Virus record (IMG/VR): IMGVR_UViG_3300034022_000539
Length of the DNA: 64,000 nt
Source of the DNA: a virus
Taxonomy: Duplodnaviria; Heunggongvirae; Uroviricota; Caudoviricetes
Reading direction: 5' to 3' (one strand)
Position 1 is the stretch's first letter. Each line of letters begins with the position of its first letter. The position numbers and the translations under genes were made by a program. Of the stretch, positions 7,660-17,448 are shown piece by piece. The notes beneath the pieces were generated by a model. That model saw only the letters and a program-made list of their open reading frames with translations. It had not been told where the DNA came from and did not search any database.

Positions 7660-8375
7660 GCTCATTGGGCTCAGTGGAGCTCTTCAAATAATATCCGACC
7701 CGGCGGAGACATAGCACCGGGGCTTTTAATTATATCATGGGAGGCTTTGACACCTCCGTGCCCACACCAGACCTGACTAGTTTGGTGTTGTGGGATCCAG
7801 GGAGCTGACAGGGCTGTGGGAGCCTCTGGAGTGTGTATGTGTTAGCGTTCGCGTTTGACTCATCTCCTGGCGCACCGCAACACCAATGAACGATACTAAT
7901 AAGCGCTATATATCTGATCCCCTGGGGACCTTACTGGATACGAGTTCGTTTTAAATTGTGGGGTTTGGTATTCTTACCACTTTTTACCACTTTATACCAC
8001 TAAATACCATAACGGGGCTTAAAACCTTAAAAGGGCTTAAAAGAGACGCTAAGGCGCTCCATTGGTGGTGGGACCATTACCATTTTTGTCTATTGGTATA
8101 TCTGGTCTTTATTGCCCATACTATATAAGGGATTGCTAGAAGGATTACTATGTATATCATATTGGTTTATCTGGTATCTGGGTTAGGGTTTGAGTTTATC
8201 CTTATCCCTTTGGAATTATCTTATATCTATCTAGTCTATTAGGATATGGTGTTTATTGTGTTGGTAGCGCGCGTTTTGGTTATGCTGGTTTTGATGGAAA
8301 TAATTGGGTTGGGTTGCGTGCAAAAAAAAGACCTCTTAATTAGAGGCCTTCTGTGTGTGTATTGTGTGTGTTTGA
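7660..8375. repeat. second GC-enriched noncoding island with palindromes and iteron-like repeats. TCCCCtGGGGA at 7921-7931. Four phased ~11-bp repeats TACCACT at 7975-8020. GGGCTTAAAA x2 at 8024-8052. TATCTGG repeats at 8095-8185. GT-rich run at 8350-8372.
   Basis: No ORF. The short direct repeats sit at helical-repeat spacing. The tract lies between convergent plus-strand and minus-strand gene blocks. Confidence 0.6.
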
Positions 8376-9065
8376 TTATACGCTATAACCTTCACCTTTT
8401 AAATAGTCTGTAACATCGTTAAGTGCATCTTCAAATCCTTTAGAAGATTCAACACCAGCATTAGGTCCCCATTCTTGATCCATCCAATCTTCTAATGAAG
8501 ACCACATACTATCTTTCCAGTCTTTGTTTTTTGGAAATTCATCCATAAATTCATCTCCAATATTATAAGAGTCAATATCAGACCATTTTTTCTTTTCGTT
8601 TAATGTTTTAGAAAATTGTTCGAATAGTTTAATGTGTTTCATTCCGTGTTTGGTACTCGATGTGTTTGATTCATTAATATCGTATCCATCCCAGTCCCAT
8701 TTGTAACCTTTACCATCAGCAGCTGTACCTTGATAACCATACATTCCTTTTGTAAATCCATCAAAGAATATAGCAACTCCATTGTCTTCAAGCTCTTGAG
8801 CTTTTTCTCTTGCAGCATCTTCATCGATGGCTTCAACTGTAACATCACCATTGTATACTATGTATAAGATTCCTTTATCAAATGTTAATTCAGCTCCATG
8901 GAACCATTCTTCACCATCATTTTCTTCGTCATTCATTGGTTCTTCACCCATTTCGAAGTTAGGTATTTGTGAGAGTCCAAATTTTAGAGCCTCTTTTTCT
9001 GTTTTATAGAAATTTACTTGAGAATAATCAGGTGCATTTTCTGCTACGTAATATACTTTTGCCAT
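8376..9065 (-). CDS. leader-family protein, apparent fusion: a 141-aa leaderless N-part plus a C-part that begins with an internal MKHIKLFEQF leader (Met142, ATG at 8642)
   Basis: The conserved leader sits in the middle of a continuous ORF. This could be a lost stop codon or an internal start. Confidence 0.5.
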   Translation of the reverse strand: MAKVYYVAENAPDYSQVNFYKTEKEALKFGLSQIPNFEMGEEPMNDEENDGEEWFHGAELTFDKGILYIVYNGDVTVEAIDEDAAREKAQELEDNGVAIFFDGFTKGMYGYQGTAADGKGYKWDWDGYDINESNTSSTKHGMKHIKLFEQFSKTLNEKKKWSDIDSYNIGDEFMDEFPKNKDWKDSMWSSLEDWMDQEWGPNAGVESSKGFEDALNDVTDYLKGEGYSV

Positions 9066-9082
9066 TTTATTTTTATTTTATT

Positions 9083-9769
9083 TTATTTATCTAACATTGC
9101 ATTCTGCAATTCTTTAAGTTTTGCTTCAGCTTCTTTTTGTCCTTTTTCTGTTTTTTTATAGACCTCTTTTTTTTCTTTAACATTATCACAACCAATCTTA
9201 TAATCACTACAAGAATATTGTGCTCCTGTTAAAGAATGTGCTGCTTCACTAAATGCTGCCCCAGCATTTTTGTACTCAGTAATGTAATATGAAAGCCAAG
9301 CTTTAGTTTCTGCAGAAAAATCTTTGCTTATTTTTTGCATTTTATCTTCAAGTTTTTTTGCATTAACTTCATTTTCATCTTCGATAGCTTTGTCTCTTTT
9401 AGCAAGACCGTCCATCATTCTTTCTTCTTCAGCTGGACAATTGTTTTTCATATAAGACCATCTAAAAGATTGTCTACTATTTATGAGCGTGTTATATTTG
9501 TTTATAAATTTAGCAAGTTGACCATATTCCTCTTTGGCATCAGCTCCACCTTGTAGTTCTGCTAATTCACCTTCCATTTCAACTTTCTGTGCATCCAAGT
9601 CTGATAATTGAAGCTCAGCTTCATCTTCATCCATGTCTCCTTTTTCTACAGCAGACTGAATTTCTTCCATTCTATCATCAAGTTCAGTTAGATCATTTTG
9701 AAGATCTTTGATTTTTTTGTCATTACTAGCCTCACCAATAAATTGTTCAAATAGTTTAATATGTTTCAT
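9083..9769 (-). CDS. leader-family protein (228 aa; MKHIKLFEQFIGEAS...), acidic coiled-coil-rich
   Basis: N-terminal leader present. Codon use is synonymous relative to paralogs, so conservation is at the protein level. Confidence 0.65.
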   Translation of the reverse strand: MKHIKLFEQFIGEASNDKKIKDLQNDLTELDDRMEEIQSAVEKGDMDEDEAELQLSDLDAQKVEMEGELAELQGGADAKEEYGQLAKFINKYNTLINSRQSFRWSYMKNNCPAEEERMMDGLAKRDKAIEDENEVNAKKLEDKMQKISKDFSAETKAWLSYYITEYKNAGAAFSEAAHSLTGAQYSCSDYKIGCDNVKEKKEVYKKTEKGQKEAEAKLKELQNAMLDK

Positions 9770-9804
9770 GTTTGTATTTTGTTTTTATTTTTGTTTTTAT
9801 TTAA

Positions 9805-10548
9805 TTAGTCCCAAACTTCAGTGTATGTACCACCTACTAACATTACTCCTTGTTGCCAATCAAAATCTAAACGATCCTTTTTGAACATGTAATGTAATTT
9901 AATAATAGATTCAGTTTCTTCTTCTGATAAACCTAATGCAATATTAAGATCTTTTATTTTGTATGCTTTATCGTAAGATTTTGTGATGTGTACTGATGCT
10001 TGACTTCCGTAACCTTGATCTCTTGATCCAATTTGTTTATACTCTGCTTTATCTGCTTTCCAAAATGCAAGTATACGTTGGATCATATCGCTGGTTAGAG
10101 CTTCTTTTTGTGTAGATTTAATCCAATTTTTAATATCTTTAGCGAAATTAACTTTCTTTGGATTTGATACATCAATTGCTGTGTAATAATTTATGTAATC
10201 TTGTCCAGATACACCTATACTAGCTCTACCTGGTTTTGGTTGTGCTTTACTAATAACTTCAAAATACGTATAAGAAGCTTTAATATACATTGGACTTATA
10301 TTACAGTCTTGTAATATCTTTGCTCGTTTTTTGTCAATCCATGACCAATCAGGAGCCTCATATGAATTAGTTATTTGCACATATCCATTACTGTAGTCAT
10401 ATGTTTTAGAATCTTTACCACCTCTTTGGTAACCTACATCTGAAAGGTTTGATAATAAAGCTTTTTCGAAATCTTGTACTAATGCAACTTCTTCAGGATT
10501 TACTTCACCTTCATTAATGAATTGTTCAAATAATTTAATCTTCTTCAT
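9805..10548 (-). CDS. leader-family protein (247 aa; MKKIKLFEQFINEGE...)
   Basis: N-terminal leader. Confidence 0.65.
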   Translation of the reverse strand: MKKIKLFEQFINEGEVNPEEVALVQDFEKALLSNLSDVGYQRGGKDSKTYDYSNGYVQITNSYEAPDWSWIDKKRAKILQDCNISPMYIKASYTYFEVISKAQPKPGRASIGVSGQDYINYYTAIDVSNPKKVNFAKDIKNWIKSTQKEALTSDMIQRILAFWKADKAEYKQIGSRDQGYGSQASVHITKSYDKAYKIKDLNIALGLSEEETESIIKLHYMFKKDRLDFDWQQGVMLVGGTYTEVWD

Positions 10549-10558
10549 ATCTGTTTTA

Positions 10559-11107
10559 TTATTTTGCGTCTATTGATAAGAATAGGCTTTGTCTAATCTC
10601 TATGTTGTTTTGACCAACACTCGACATATATTCTCCTGCTATGATAGTTTCAATTCCAGATACTAATGCGTCGTTTTGCATTCCACTTAGTTTTCTTACA
10701 TATTTACCAGCATCTACATCATCTGCAAATCCAACGTTAATTACAAAATCACTAGGAATTCTAACGAATAACTCTGTACCATCTGGTCTATTAAGACCAT
10801 TAATTTGATCATCTACCCATTCTTGTTTGCTTAATGCAGCCATAATATAAACAATAGCTTCTTTATCTTTGACTTGTTTCATAACTTCGTCAGCAATAAT
10901 CTCAGCTCCTTCTTTATCAGCCCATTTTGACCAAACTTGATTAATTTCTTTAAGAGTATCTTGAACGTCTCCTTCAAATTTTATTTTTTCAACCTCTTTT
11001 TTAAATGCAAATAACACTTTTCCAGCGATACCTTTAGCACCATACATACCTGTCATTTGATATGCTTTTTCATTTACGAATTGTTCGAATAATTTAATGT
11101 GTTTCAT
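10559..11107 (-). CDS. leader-family protein (182 aa; MKHIKLFEQFVNEKA...)
   Basis: N-terminal leader. Confidence 0.65.
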   Translation of the reverse strand: MKHIKLFEQFVNEKAYQMTGMYGAKGIAGKVLFAFKKEVEKIKFEGDVQDTLKEINQVWSKWADKEGAEIIADEVMKQVKDKEAIVYIMAALSKQEWVDDQINGLNRPDGTELFVRIPSDFVINVGFADDVDAGKYVRKLSGMQNDALVSGIETIIAGEYMSSVGQNNIEIRQSLFLSIDAK

Positions 11108-11110
11108 GTT

Positions 11111-11428
11111 CTATTTAGATATTTTATTCTTGCTTTCAAATTCAGTTACTTTAGCATATGCCGAAGACTTCATATCGCCTTTTGCTTTTTTAACAAGTTC
11201 TGCGAACTCTTTAGCTGTTTTCATGTCTGGAAATGGAAGTGAAGTTGTATAATCTGGTCCACTATATACATCAAATGGTGCATATTGATCATATTCTTGT
11301 TCTGTATAAACTCCAAATTGATCACTTTCTATATCAATGATGTTTTCTTTTTTAATAGGAAGGAATACTATCCATTCTTGAGATTTTCCTTCTTTTACGA
11401 ATTCTTCATATAATTTTGCGTACTTCAT
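11111..11428 (-). CDS. leader-family protein (105 aa; MKYAKLYEEFVKEGK...)
   Basis: N-terminal leader. Overlaps the next gene by 1 nt. Confidence 0.65.
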   Translation of the reverse strand: MKYAKLYEEFVKEGKSQEWIVFLPIKKENIIDIESDQFGVYTEQEYDQYAPFDVYSGPDYTTSLPFPDMKTAKEFAELVKKAKGDMKSSAYAKVTEFESKNKISK

Positions 11429-12021
11429 TATGTCATTTTTGGGTATTTTTTCTTAATTTCTTTATAGAATTTCTTGTAGTTTGTACCAGACATGTGATCT
11501 TCAGCTGCTCTAAGCAAATCTTCTAAAGAAGTCCACATTGTATTTGCTAATTGGTCTTGTGTTGTTGAAACTTGAGCCATTCTGTCTAGAATAGAATCAA
11601 TTATTTCAGGATTTAAAACAGTTTCAGTGCTAGGTTTTTCTGGACCCGCTGCTCTTTTAAGTGTCCACCAATCAACTTTCTTAGGAATAGTGTATGAAAC
11701 AATTCCTTTTTGTTGGTCATTTGGACTAATTTGTCCAGGTTTTCCAATATTACTAGTGATTTTATCTAAATCTAAATTATCATCAAAACCTTTTAATGCT
11801 TTCTGAATATCTTTAGTTAGATCCACATCTGCCATATTTGGCTCGGTTCTAAGATATATCATTGAAGTCGATGACATGTTAAATTCAACGCCTTTTACTT
11901 TAGAAAGCTCTTTCTTAAATTGTTTTTGATACTCATCAACATCTAACCCATTATTATATCCTGGGAAAATATCCATCTTAGCTTCATTAATAAATTCTTC
12001 GTATAGTTTTATGTACTTCAT
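11428..12021 (-). CDS. leader-family protein (197 aa; MKYIKLYEEFINEAK...)
   Basis: N-terminal leader. Confidence 0.65.
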   Translation of the reverse strand: MKYIKLYEEFINEAKMDIFPGYNNGLDVDEYQKQFKKELSKVKGVEFNMSSTSMIYLRTEPNMADVDLTKDIQKALKGFDDNLDLDKITSNIGKPGQISPNDQQKGIVSYTIPKKVDWWTLKRAAGPEKPSTETVLNPEIIDSILDRMAQVSTTQDQLANTMWTSLEDLLRAAEDHMSGTNYKKFYKEIKKKYPKMT

Positions 12022-12305
12022 TATTTCTTTTTTATGTTTTTACCATTTGGTGTTAATTCTCCGTTATCATCCATCACCGTAAAATGTTCTCTCGAATTTC
12101 CTTGTGTTAATTCTATAGATAAACCTTTGTTCATACCACCTGATTCAGTTGAAGACCACAATCTAACTACAGTCCAAATACCTTTTTCACCTTCAACTTT
12201 AACCTTATCCCATGTCTTAACTTCAGTTTGATCAGTAAATGATTTTATTAATTTATCTTCATTAGACTCGTTAATAAAATCTTCGTATAGTTTTGCATAT
12301 TTCAT
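12021..12305 (-). CDS. leader-family protein (94 aa; MKYAKLYEDFINESN...)
   Basis: N-terminal leader. Confidence 0.65.
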   Translation of the reverse strand: MKYAKLYEDFINESNEDKLIKSFTDQTEVKTWDKVKVEGEKGIWTVVRLWSSTESGGMNKGLSIELTQGNSREHFTVMDDNGELTPNGKNIKKK

Positions 12306-12326
12306 TTGATTGTCTGTATTATTTTA

Positions 12327-13208
12327 TTATATATCATAATCTTCTATTGTTTCAGGACGAGTCCATCTTCTAAGATCACCTATCCAATCTTCTAATCTAT
12401 AAGGGTGTTCCCAATATGGTGGTTTAGGTATGGTTAGTTTAGGTACTTTTAATCTATCACCATCTCTGGCTTCTAACCATTTGGTTTTCTTTTTAAGCTT
12501 TTTTACTATTTGTAGTAGAGTTACTTTGTCTTCAGAGTGCAGCGCCCATTCACCATTAATAGGTAAAAGATCATGACGAGTACATGCTAATGCAATTGAT
12601 TCTACTCTTGTAAAGATTCTTATTTGAGTTCCAGGTTCAACGATAGTTATTGCTTGTTGATTCTTGATTTGATTTTCCCATATACCTAAGACAGTTGCGT
12701 ATGCACCTTCTGTAATTTGTCCAGGTCCATATGCATTAAAGAAATAAAATATGTGTGATTTAAGATTGCTCCATTTTTGGTGCTTTTTAATAAGATCTAC
12801 ATTTTGTTTTTTGTACCAACTATATGGTGAAAGATCTTGATCTTTTTGTCCAAAATGTGATGAAGATGCTGAATAAATTAGGATTGCATTTTGATTTATA
12901 GCTAATCTTATAATTTGACTAGTTCCTTCAACACATGAAGATTGCACCTTTTCTATTTCTTGATATGATTGATGTATACGAGAATATTCTCCAAAGTGGT
13001 AGATTTTATCAATCTCAAATCTTTCTAGTAATCGAAGAGCATCTTGAGTTCTACCTTCTATATACTGTACACCTTGAATATGATTAGATTTTAGGCCAGT
13101 AGAATAATCATCTAGTGAAACTATTTTTGTATGCGGTTTCTCAGTAAGCAATGACTTAATAAGATGTGTTCCGATGAATCCTGCTCCTCCTGTTACTAAT
13201 GTATACAT
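12327..13208 (-). CDS. NAD(P)-dependent sugar epimerase/dehydratase (SDR, Rossmann TGGAGFIGTHL), 293 aa
   Basis: Has the N-terminal GxxGxxG Rossmann motif typical of UDP/GDP-sugar epimerases/dehydratases. It is first in an operon of glycan genes. Confidence 0.75.
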   Translation of the reverse strand: MYTLVTGGAGFIGTHLIKSLLTEKPHTKIVSLDDYSTGLKSNHIQGVQYIEGRTQDALRLLERFEIDKIYHFGEYSRIHQSYQEIEKVQSSCVEGTSQIIRLAINQNAILIYSASSSHFGQKDQDLSPYSWYKKQNVDLIKKHQKWSNLKSHIFYFFNAYGPGQITEGAYATVLGIWENQIKNQQAITIVEPGTQIRIFTRVESIALACTRHDLLPINGEWALHSEDKVTLLQIVKKLKKKTKWLEARDGDRLKVPKLTIPKPPYWEHPYRLEDWIGDLRRWTRPETIEDYDI

Positions 13209-13215
13209 ATTTTAA

Positions 13216-13992
13216 TTATTTAGTTCCTAGCCAACTGTAATATTCTCTCCATCCATGCTTGACTAATGTAAATTGTTTAGGATCTCTTAAATATGTTAGA
13301 TCAAAAATCTTTTCATCGCTTCCAATAAAATTCCTATCTAAGCAAAAACCTATTGTCTTATTTATCTCATTCATGTACCAATCTATTTTCCATGCTGGAC
13401 AAACGAATGCTCCACCTTGTATATGTCTTTGTTGTGAAAGAGTGTGCCATTCTGGATCTGGTATTGCAAAATCTAAATTGTGTGTAAAATGCATTATAGT
13501 ATCCATTGATAGTTTTTCTATATTAGGCCAAGTTTCTGGATAATCCATATCTTCTCTAATACCACCTGCATCTACCCATATTAAATGAGTTGCGTCTTTA
13601 TGTAATTTAAGTGCTTCATTTAAAAAGAAGATCTTATTGAACATTACTATATTATATAAAGGATAATTCATTTCAGGTACATGATCCCAATGTCTTTTCT
13701 TTAAAAATTCATCATCATGCATAACTTGATCTATTTTAGTGAACCAAGTCTTGTATGCTTCTAAATCTTCTATTGAGTTTATTACGTATGTGGTCATTTC
13801 TCCAGTTGGATCTACTTCAGATCTCATCTGTCTAATTCTTTCTTCGAACTTAGATTCTGTAAAAACCACCATATTAGCCCTAAGACTAAGTGCTCTTTGC
13901 ATCCAATGTAAATATGTGTGATATGATTGTGCGAAATCTTTCCATTCAGATCTACCAATATCATAAAGTGCCGTAATAACTAATGGTTTCAT
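13216..13992 (-). CDS. hypothetical protein in glycan cluster (258 aa)
   Basis: A long ORF tightly packed in the operon. No motif was recognised. Confidence 0.55.
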   Translation of the reverse strand: MKPLVITALYDIGRSEWKDFAQSYHTYLHWMQRALSLRANMVVFTESKFEERIRQMRSEVDPTGEMTTYVINSIEDLEAYKTWFTKIDQVMHDDEFLKKRHWDHVPEMNYPLYNIVMFNKIFFLNEALKLHKDATHLIWVDAGGIREDMDYPETWPNIEKLSMDTIMHFTHNLDFAIPDPEWHTLSQQRHIQGGAFVCPAWKIDWYMNEINKTIGFCLDRNFIGSDEKIFDLTYLRDPKQFTLVKHGWREYYSWLGTK

Positions 13993-14005
13993 TGCTAAAT
14001 TTTAT

Positions 14006-14740
14006 TTATATCCAAGACCACTCTACTCTAATGCCCTTATGTTTAATATGTATCTTATCTACATCAAAATGATTTGATCTACTTTGATTATTAAAAATAG
14101 TGTCAAGTGTAAATCCGTCTTTATTTAATATAGTTGGCACAAATCCTTCAGAATATCCATGTACACCATTTAGTAATAAATCTGTTATGTGACGTAGACT
14201 TTTATTTGAGAATCTAACAATTGGAAAGAATGATCCAAATAATTCACCATTTTTATTGATTTGGTCACCATCACCTGGAAATCTATCAAACCATAATGTA
14301 TTACTGTATGTGTTAGCATCAATTTCGGGAATGTTAGGTTGACTAGTCACTCCTTTGTTCTTAAATATGTAATAAGAAATAAAATCAGTATTGTTATTTT
14401 CAAATGCTTTAAAGAATTCTGACCAATTATCACATACTAAGTCATCATCCATAAACCAATACCAATCTTCATTGGGATTAAGCATATAATAATATGCCAT
14501 TCTAAGATGTGCATAGAACCAAATAATATTTCTATTACCTTGTTGATTCCACCAATGTAATTTACTAACATCACTTCTAAAATTAAAAAGATCTCTTACT
14601 TTTTGTTCATCATATTCTATTCCAATAGGTGCTCTATCAGATAAAAATTCAAAGTCAAAATCTACAGTTTTCCAATACGATTCATATGATTTAAATGTAT
14701 TAGCACATGTACATACTATTGTTTTAGACATATTGTTCAA
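14006..14740 (-). CDS. hypothetical protein in glycan cluster (244 aa), possible glycosyltransferase
   Basis: Operon context only. Confidence 0.5.
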   Translation of the reverse strand: MNNMSKTIVCTCANTFKSYESYWKTVDFDFEFLSDRAPIGIEYDEQKVRDLFNFRSDVSKLHWWNQQGNRNIIWFYAHLRMAYYYMLNPNEDWYWFMDDDLVCDNWSEFFKAFENNNTDFISYYIFKNKGVTSQPNIPEIDANTYSNTLWFDRFPGDGDQINKNGELFGSFFPIVRFSNKSLRHITDLLLNGVHGYSEGFVPTILNKDGFTLDTIFNNQSRSNHFDVDKIHIKHKGIRVEWSWI

Positions 14741-15545
14741 TTATTTTTTCATTCCATTCAGGAATTCTATTATATTGATGTGCAATTTTGTACACTATGT
14801 TGTTTGAGTCAATCAAAACATTTTCTTGTAATTTAGGTAAACCATATTTTTTATCAATAGCTTTTCCTAAACCCCATTCTATATGTTGAAACGTAGGACC
14901 TGATAATGAACAGTGAACTACCCAACCTTCATTAGGTTTAAAGATTTTACAATTATCAATTAAGTTCTTATAAATTAAAATATTAAATGCAGCTTGATCC
15001 CTTATATCATGGCCTTTTAATGAACCATCTACTAAGTGTTGTTGCATTCTTAATGTTTTTACTAATGAATCTTTTTTACCACACATTACTCCACTACAAA
15101 CCACCTCATATTGTCTAATAAAATCTACATATTCTGGAAATGCTTTATTCATAACATCCATATTCCAAGGCTCTTCATTATGTAATACACCTTCTGATCC
15201 AGCAAAGAAATCATATTTGTCTAGTTCTAACATTTCAAATGGATCTGCTTGAAAGCAAACGTCAAATACATCGGTTACCATAAATAAATCATAAGGACTA
15301 TTCTCTATCCAATTTGCAGTATGAATTAATCTACTATCATTAATTGTTAATCCTGGATCTGATTCAATAGCATGGAATTTAATTCCATTTAGATTTAAAA
15401 CATTTCTATCTTGAGCATTCATATCAGCTCCAATAAGTACTACTTCACCGTCTTTTACATGTTTTTTAAAACTATTAGCCCAAACCCTAATTTTATCGAT
15501 ATTATTGGTTACATTGTTGCTAACTCCTGTTAATACTTTTTTCAT
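14724..15545 (-). CDS. hypothetical protein in glycan cluster (273 aa), possible GT-A glycosyltransferase (DVFD)
   Basis: Operon context. Has a DxD-like motif MVTDVFD. Confidence 0.5.
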   Translation of the reverse strand: MKKVLTGVSNNVTNNIDKIRVWANSFKKHVKDGEVVLIGADMNAQDRNVLNLNGIKFHAIESDPGLTINDSRLIHTANWIENSPYDLFMVTDVFDVCFQADPFEMLELDKYDFFAGSEGVLHNEEPWNMDVMNKAFPEYVDFIRQYEVVCSGVMCGKKDSLVKTLRMQQHLVDGSLKGHDIRDQAAFNILIYKNLIDNCKIFKPNEGWVVHCSLSGPTFQHIEWGLGKAIDKKYGLPKLQENVLIDSNNIVYKIAHQYNRIPEWNEKIIEQYV

Positions 15546-15546
15546 T

Positions 15547-16179
15547 TTAACAATTATGTAATTTATGTGTCAACATTTCATTTACACCAAATATTGTAGG
15601 CCAACTATACTCTAGTGCCCATATTTGTGGATCGTTTCCATGTGCTCCTCCAGAAAATGAAGAAGTTGATATATTTTTTGCTATACTTTCCATTAGTTTT
15701 ACGTAAAAATCTAATGATCTTTTCTTAATTTGATCTTTCTTTACAATACATTGCATACCACCTATAAACATAAATGGCAATTTATATTCAATTTCCATTT
15801 TTTCACAGTAATCAATAGCTTGCTTAATACAACCATCATTATCTCTGATATAAGTTGGTCCAATTGGATAAAATGGTTTTGTAAAATCACAATCATTGAT
15901 AAATTCTACACAAGTTTCACAATCATGTTCGAATGGATTTCCTTGTAAGAATATTGTGTAATCAGCTAAATTGTACCAATTTGTTACAATATGATGTAGG
16001 TGTGTATGCGCATCTTTACCATAATTTAACAGATTTCTTTCAAATAAATGATTATCTGCTGCATTTTTATTGTAAATAGTTACTTTATACTTAAGTTTTT
16101 TTGTCCAAGATACATCTTCATTGTATTTAGCAACAACTGCTTCTATTGTCATAAAACTCTTTCTATTTTTGTACACCAA
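15547..16179 (-). CDS. hypothetical protein in glycan cluster (210 aa)
   Basis: Operon context. Confidence 0.5.
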   Translation of the reverse strand: MVYKNRKSFMTIEAVVAKYNEDVSWTKKLKYKVTIYNKNAADNHLFERNLLNYGKDAHTHLHHIVTNWYNLADYTIFLQGNPFEHDCETCVEFINDCDFTKPFYPIGPTYIRDNDGCIKQAIDYCEKMEIEYKLPFMFIGGMQCIVKKDQIKKRSLDFYVKLMESIAKNISTSSFSGGAHGNDPQIWALEYSWPTIFGVNEMLTHKLHNC

Positions 16180-17396
16180 CCTTTTGATGCGCTATGTGGC
16201 CAAACAATCCACTTATATGGTTTTGGTCCTTGCAAGTCTACATGAATGTGTATCCAATCACCAGGTTGTTGTAATTTCTGAGAAATCTCATGGTCGTTTA
16301 AATCCTTTCTATAAACTGAAGTACCATCTTCTGATTCCATAATCACTGCACAAAAAGTGTAGTCTGTTTCAGTAAGCACAGATCTATGCACATCTATAAT
16401 GTGTTTGAATATATGATGAAAACTATTATCATAATCTTCTACATGAGGATTAGGTGCAAGTTTATTAGATGTGGTCCATTGTTGTACTGCACGATCTCTA
16501 AGTCTAATACCTGCGTATCTTTCCCAATCTGCAATAGTTCTAACTCTACCTAATCCATATTTACCATAAATATCTTCTTCTGAATCAAATGACTCTCCAT
16601 CAATTCCTAATAGTTTACGAGTTTTTTCATGAGTTCTTGTGTTTCTCTTACCCCATTCTGAATCATCATCCCATTGTTTAGTTCTACCTTTACGAGTATA
16701 TTCATGCCACGCAATAATTTTATGTGGATGGAATAAATCATATCCGTGTGTAAATGCTCTAACTGCAATAGTAATCTCTTCACCATGAAAATAGAATTCT
16801 GGATCATGTTGTACCTCTATTGCAAATTGACCTACTGTAAATGCGAAGTGTGCTGAATAAAATCTTGAAGGAATTGGTTCTGTCATATTTTCCCATCCTG
16901 GAATTGTAGCAGGTAAAAAGAATATTACACCTTCTGGAGTAAATCTATCAAAATTCATTAACCATGGTGCTTGAGTTCTGCCCTTTGGATCGATTTCTGG
17001 ATTATATGATGAAATATAGCTTGTAAGTAATGGTTTAGCATGACCTTTAGCTTGTAAACCCCTTAGCATATTAATCAATTCAGTGTCCCAGTTTCTAATA
17101 AACCTATGATGACTATCTAATTGAAATGTATAAGTTTCACCTTGATAAAGTTGTTGAATGCTATTTCGTGCCCAACATGCTCCAGTTGAATCTTTATAAT
17201 TTACATCTAAAATTCTAAATCGCGAATCGTTTTTATATTGATCTAATGTATCCCATGTATCTTCTTCGGAATGTTGCCAACATATACCAAATCTAAGACG
17301 ATCTGGAAATTCAGCGTTTAGTAAACAATCCTTAAGAGTATTCAATAACTCTGGATCTCTGTAACTTGCAATTTGAATAAATATGGTTTCTTCCAT
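16149..17396 (-). CDS. putative glycosyltransferase (415 aa; QIASYRDPELLNTL...FGICWQHSEED...)
   Basis: The N-terminal region is a GT-like fold. It is the first gene after the promoter at 17408-17432. Confidence 0.5.
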   Translation of the reverse strand: MEETIFIQIASYRDPELLNTLKDCLLNAEFPDRLRFGICWQHSEEDTWDTLDQYKNDSRFRILDVNYKDSTGACWARNSIQQLYQGETYTFQLDSHHRFIRNWDTELINMLRGLQAKGHAKPLLTSYISSYNPEIDPKGRTQAPWLMNFDRFTPEGVIFFLPATIPGWENMTEPIPSRFYSAHFAFTVGQFAIEVQHDPEFYFHGEEITIAVRAFTHGYDLFHPHKIIAWHEYTRKGRTKQWDDDSEWGKRNTRTHEKTRKLLGIDGESFDSEEDIYGKYGLGRVRTIADWERYAGIRLRDRAVQQWTTSNKLAPNPHVEDYDNSFHHIFKHIIDVHRSVLTETDYTFCAVIMESEDGTSVYRKDLNDHEISQKLQQPGDWIHIHVDLQGPKPYKWIVWPHSASKGWCTKIERVL

Positions 17397-17407
17397 ATGA
17401 TATAATA

Positions 17408-17432
17408 GTTTTAATTGTTATATTATATATCG
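17408..17432 (-). promoter_or_regulatory. promoter cassette variant (minus strand: CGATATATAATATAACAATTAAAACTATTATATCATG)
   Basis: Shares the ...AATTAAAAC element and spacing to the ATG with the plus-strand cassettes. Confidence 0.5.
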
Positions 17433-17448
17433 GGTTTTTGTTTATAGC

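Noticed and set aside
7975-8060. Possible CRISPR array (short direct repeats)
   Set aside because: The repeats are only about 7-11 bp with about 3-4-bp 'spacers'. There is no 25-40-bp repeat/spacer periodicity and no cas genes. They are iteron-like, not CRISPR.
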